This document shows, one piece after another, positions 60,632 through 64,000 of a stretch of 64,000 bases of DNA. Each line of letters begins with the position of its first letter. The stretch's first letter is position 1. Source of the DNA: an uncultured delta proteobacterium (lineage in GTDB: Bacteria > Desulfobacterota > Syntrophia > Syntrophales > UBA2192); NCBI GenBank assembly GCA_963705165.1, contig CAVPJD010000024.1:1-64000 (forward strand). The letters run 5' to 3'. The position numbers were made by a program, and so were the translations under genes. Below the pieces are notes generated by a model. It saw only the letters and a list, made by a program, of their open reading frames with translations. It searched no databases and had not been told where the DNA came from.

Positions 60632-60772
60632 TTCGCTCCTCCGGAAGGTTAAAAAATTGACAGGGCTGACCGTGTTTACGCTGGCGATCTCCGCCGTTTT
60701 GTCTCTGTCGCGCGGGGTTCAACCATAGCCTCGTTATGGTACGCAAATCGATGCATGGCGAAGGGGCTCCGC

Positions 60773-61741
60773 TCAGATCGTGCGGTACAGTACAATCCCG
60801 CCCCGCTCGTCTGCCCTCACCAGGCCTTTGTCCATCATCTCGACGATGTGGACGTAGGTCTCGTTGAGAGCGAGGAACTGGTCGAACTCCGGAAGCTCTG
60901 TGCCGAAGATGACGCCGGAGACCTCGAAGGCCGTCTTCTCTCTTCCCTGCAGGGCCGCGACGATCAGCTGAGTCCTCTCCGCATGATGCTCCCGGATCTC
61001 ATCGACGCGCTTCTGCAAATCGGGAAAGGGATCCCCATGGGCGGGGTAGACCATCCGGACGGGCAGGTCGCGGATGGCGCCCAGGGATTCGAGGAAGCTC
61101 TTGAGCGGCCGGTACTCGAGCCGGAAGATGTCGGGGCTGAGATTGGGTGTGATATCGGTCAGGATGTGGTCGCCGGCCAGCAGGATGCCCTCGTCGGGAA
61201 AATAGAAGCACATCTGCCCGGCCGTGTGGCCCGGGGCGGCGATGACCTCGAAGGTCCTGCTCCCCAGGGTGATTTTTTCGCGGGGCTCCAGGTGGCTGCT
61301 CACCCGGAAGGGAATTGTGGCTTTCCGGAAGACGGCCATCAGCTTGACCAGCGTGTCCATGGCCTTTTGCGGCAGGCCCTGCGGGAGAAAGAAGCTCCGT
61401 GCCCGCTCTACAAGTTCCTCGTGCCTGTTGTTGTGCTGCAGGCGCATCTCGTCGAGAGCCGAGAGGCGGACCGCGGCGCCGGAGATCTCCTGGATCCTGC
61501 CGGCAATCCCGCAGTGATCGGCGTGGAAGTGCGTGAGGAAGATGCGGTCGATGTCTTTCGTCGTCTTCCCCAGGGTCGCCAGCGCCTCGTCGAGCACCGT
61601 GTACGTCTCGGGAATGTTCATGCCCGTGTCGAAGAGGGCCACCCTTCCCTCGTTCAGCAGGGCATAAACGTGCACATGTCGAAGGCGGAAGGGCATGGGC
61701 AGGGTGATCCGGTAGAGGTCGGGCAGGATTGGGTCGATCAA
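60773..61741 (-). CDS. MBL-fold metallo-hydrolase
   Basis: THFHADHCG, PGHT, GDH, PAHG. Confidence 0.9.
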   Translation of the reverse strand: MIDPILPDLYRITLPMPFRLRHVHVYALLNEGRVALFDTGMNIPETYTVLDEALATLGKTTKDIDRIFLTHFHADHCGIAGRIQEISGAAVRLSALDEMRLQHNNRHEELVERARSFFLPQGLPQKAMDTLVKLMAVFRKATIPFRVSSHLEPREKITLGSRTFEVIAAPGHTAGQMCFYFPDEGILLAGDHILTDITPNLSPDIFRLEYRPLKSFLESLGAIRDLPVRMVYPAHGDPFPDLQKRVDEIREHHAERTQLIVAALQGREKTAFEVSGVIFGTELPEFDQFLALNETYVHIVEMMDKGLVRADERGGIVLYRTI

Positions 61742-61766
61742 TTCAATGGCTCCCGGCTGAGACGTA

Positions 61767-62366
61767 TTAACGCGCCAGTTCGTACCCCAGTTTCCGCGCC
61801 TTGTCCAGAATCGCCTGCGGCAGCTCCTGCTTTTCGTGCAGGGCGGCCTTCCCGATGAAAAGCGTGCCCGTCGGTTTTGCGCCCAGGGTCTGTGCGGCGC
61901 GCTTCAGGCCGCCCAGCGACCGGGTGAAAATCCGCCCTAGGGCGGCGGGCATTGCGCTCGAGGTGACGAGGACGGCCTTGATTCCCCTGTCTTTCACCCT
62001 TGTGATGGGCCCCGGTTTCCCCCAGGGCCAGAAGGCATAGCACACGAGCCGCTCTATGAAGCGCTGCGTCACCGCCGTGACGCCGAAGAAATTAACGGGC
62101 GATGCGAGCACCAAGCCGTCGGCCGCCTCGATTTTTTTCAGGATGTCATCCATGTCGTCGGGTTGGACGCAGGCCCCTCTCTGCAGTCCTTCCAGCTGCG
62201 TGCATTTGCGGCAGTTCCGACAGAACTCGATGCGGGATTCGATGAGACGGATCTTCTCCGTCTCGGCCCCCTTCTCGGCTGCTGACTGCAGGATCGCATC
62301 GACGGCGCGTTCGATGGTGCCGTCGCGCCGATAACTGCCGGAGAGTGCAATGATCTTTTTGGCCAT
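61767..62366 (-). CDS. Flavodoxin family protein (iron-sulfur flavoprotein-like)
   Basis: GSYR, CRNCRKC..C..DD, ASPVNF. Confidence 0.85.
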   Translation of the reverse strand: MAKKIIALSGSYRRDGTIERAVDAILQSAAEKGAETEKIRLIESRIEFCRNCRKCTQLEGLQRGACVQPDDMDDILKKIEAADGLVLASPVNFFGVTAVTQRFIERLVCYAFWPWGKPGPITRVKDRGIKAVLVTSSAMPAALGRIFTRSLGGLKRAAQTLGAKPTGTLFIGKAALHEKQELPQAILDKARKLGYELAR

Positions 62367-62473
62367 CTTTTCCTGAACCGTCGTGCTTCCCAATCGCTAT
62401 AAAAAAATGCGTGACGCAGGTGTAGCACAACGGGATCGTTTAATAAACCGCCAACTGCATCACCCTCCGCACC

Positions 62474-63544
62474 TCAGGGCTGATACTCCTGCGGTGTTTC
62501 CTCCCCCCGGAGGATTCGCAGCGCCCCTTCGGCCATGGCTTCCATCTCGTCTTCACCCGGGAAAACGAAGACGGGCGCGATGAACGCCGTCCGCTGCCGG
62601 ACCCATCCGGTCAGTATCTCCGAATGGGCAAGCCCGCCCGTCAGGACGACGCCGTCGACGTCTCCCGCCAGGACGGCCGCCATGGCGCCGATGTCCTTGG
62701 CGATCTGGTAGGCCATGGCCCGGTAGATTACCTCGGCCTTCGCGTCGCTCTTCTTTACGGCCGCCTCCACGTCGACGGCATTGGTCGTCCCGAGGTAGGC
62801 TGCAAGGCCCCCCTGGCCGACGAGCTTTCTTGCGAGATCCTTCGGGCTCGTCCGGCCGGCCAGGTCGAGCAGGTCCTGCGTCGGCAGGGCCCCTGCCCGC
62901 TCCGGCGAGAAGGGCCCCTCGGTCAGGCCGTGCGTGCAGTCGATCACCTGCCCCTTGCAGTGGGCGCCGATGGTGATTCCGCCGCCGAGGTGGGCAACGA
63001 CGAAGTTGACGTCCTCGTAGCGCTTCTTCAACTGCCGGGCCGCCCGGCGCGCGGCGGCCTTCTGGTTGAGGGCGTGGAAGGCGCTTTTTCGCTCGATCTC
63101 GGGCAGGCCCGAGACGCGTGCCAGGGGCTGGAACTCGTCGGTGCTCGGCGGGTCGATCACGACGGTGGGCATTCCGTATAGCCGCGCCAAGCCGATCGCC
63201 ATGGACGGCCCCAGGGCCGAGGGGTGCTTGCCGTATTTACCCTGCATGAGATCGTCGCACATGGCCTGATCGATGGCATAGGCGCCTGCCGGCGCCGGCC
63301 GGCCCAACCCCCCGCGACTGATTACGAGATCGACCTTGCTCATGTCGATTGCGTTTTTCTCGATAAACTTCCGGAGGCCCTCCTCGCGAAGCGGCAGCTG
63401 CTCCCCGAGGCCCTCGTACCGGGAAAGGTCGGCAGCGTTATACGTGATCGATTCCTGTACAAGCCGCTCCGAGTCCCGGTAGAAGGCGACCTTGGTGGAC
63501 GTGGAGCCGACGTTGATGGCCAGGATGTGGTGTGTCTTTTTCAT
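62474..63544 (-). CDS. buk: Butyrate kinase
   Basis: INVGSTSTK, HALNQKA, VAHLGGGI, GPFSPERAG, PGEDEM. Confidence 0.94.
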   Translation of the reverse strand: MKKTHHILAINVGSTSTKVAFYRDSERLVQESITYNAADLSRYEGLGEQLPLREEGLRKFIEKNAIDMSKVDLVISRGGLGRPAPAGAYAIDQAMCDDLMQGKYGKHPSALGPSMAIGLARLYGMPTVVIDPPSTDEFQPLARVSGLPEIERKSAFHALNQKAAARRAARQLKKRYEDVNFVVAHLGGGITIGAHCKGQVIDCTHGLTEGPFSPERAGALPTQDLLDLAGRTSPKDLARKLVGQGGLAAYLGTTNAVDVEAAVKKSDAKAEVIYRAMAYQIAKDIGAMAAVLAGDVDGVVLTGGLAHSEILTGWVRQRTAFIAPVFVFPGEDEMEAMAEGALRILRGEETPQEYQP

Positions 63545-64000
63545 GACTGCAACCTCCCGCAGAGAAGGACGGCAAGATCGATTTCCGTTGCGCGATTCTC
63601 CGCGGGAACGAAGGGGAGATTCAGCACGACGGGGTGGCTTGTCCCCATGAGGGCGCAGGCCATGGGGGTCTTGCCGATGAAGACCGAGAGTTCGGCCATG
63701 AGGAAGCCCGCCTCGACATTGGGCACGAGGTAGATGTCGCCCTGCCCCGTGACGGAGCTGCGGACGCCCTTGCGGGTGGCGGCCCTGCGGCTCACGGCGC
63801 AGTCGATATCGAGGGGGCCCTCGAGGGTGACGTCGCCGAACTGCCCCCTCTCGGCCATCTTCGAGAGGATCGCCGCATCCAGTGTGGAGGGGATGGCGGG
63901 GTTGACCTGCTCGATGGCCGACAGCGCCGCGATCTTCGGGGAGTCAAATCCCAGCACGCGAGCCAGGCGGATGACATTTTCCGTGATGGTGACCTTTTCG
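63541..64000 (-). CDS. ptb: Phosphate butyryl/acetyltransferase, 3' part (runs off window)
   Basis: PKIAALSAIEQVNP, DAAILSKMAERGQ, EGPLDID; adjacent to buk. Confidence 0.85.
   Translation of the reverse strand, partial: EKVTITENVIRLARVLGFDSPKIAALSAIEQVNPAIPSTLDAAILSKMAERGQFGDVTLEGPLDIDCAVSRRAATRKGVRSSVTGQGDIYLVPNVEAGFLMAELSVFIGKTPMACALMGTSHPVVLNLPFVPAENRATEIDLAVLLCGRLQS

Overview
GC-rich bacterial chromosomal window. Gene content (selA, buk/ptb, TRAP-TAXI, cobalamin uptake) and repeat style suggest an anaerobic Desulfobacterota/Syntrophales-like organism (inference). From left to right: a complete IS110 element with a readable bridge RNA; a 3.7-kb tandem duplication of hemN-like/selA/rluD in which only the hemN copy is strongly diverged; def; TRAP and polar amino-acid ABC transporters; uppP/dedA/ktrAB; trp and aro/phe/tyr operons, each with an unannotated attenuator leader peptide and tandem terminators; a cobalamin-uptake cluster with two B12 riboswitches; a lower-GC islet; then cbiB-like/cbiA, MFS, cyclophilin, MBL hydrolase, flavodoxin and buk/ptb. 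The islet holds two divergent cassettes, each a CxxC/'NKAPP' upstream ORF followed by a zf-TFIIB gene and then htpX or a CDF transporter, plus an orphan sigma54-driven fliE. Many intergenic gaps contain heptamer hairpins and REP-like palindromes. Several single-base frameshifts (aroA, pheA, selA copy) may be consensus errors. Best candidates for new biology: the twin KAPP-type putative arrest-peptide/metal-sensor cassettes, the Phe/Trp/Tyr leader peptide, and the shared 'relay' double-terminator attenuator architecture. All family calls are by motif recognition, with no database search.
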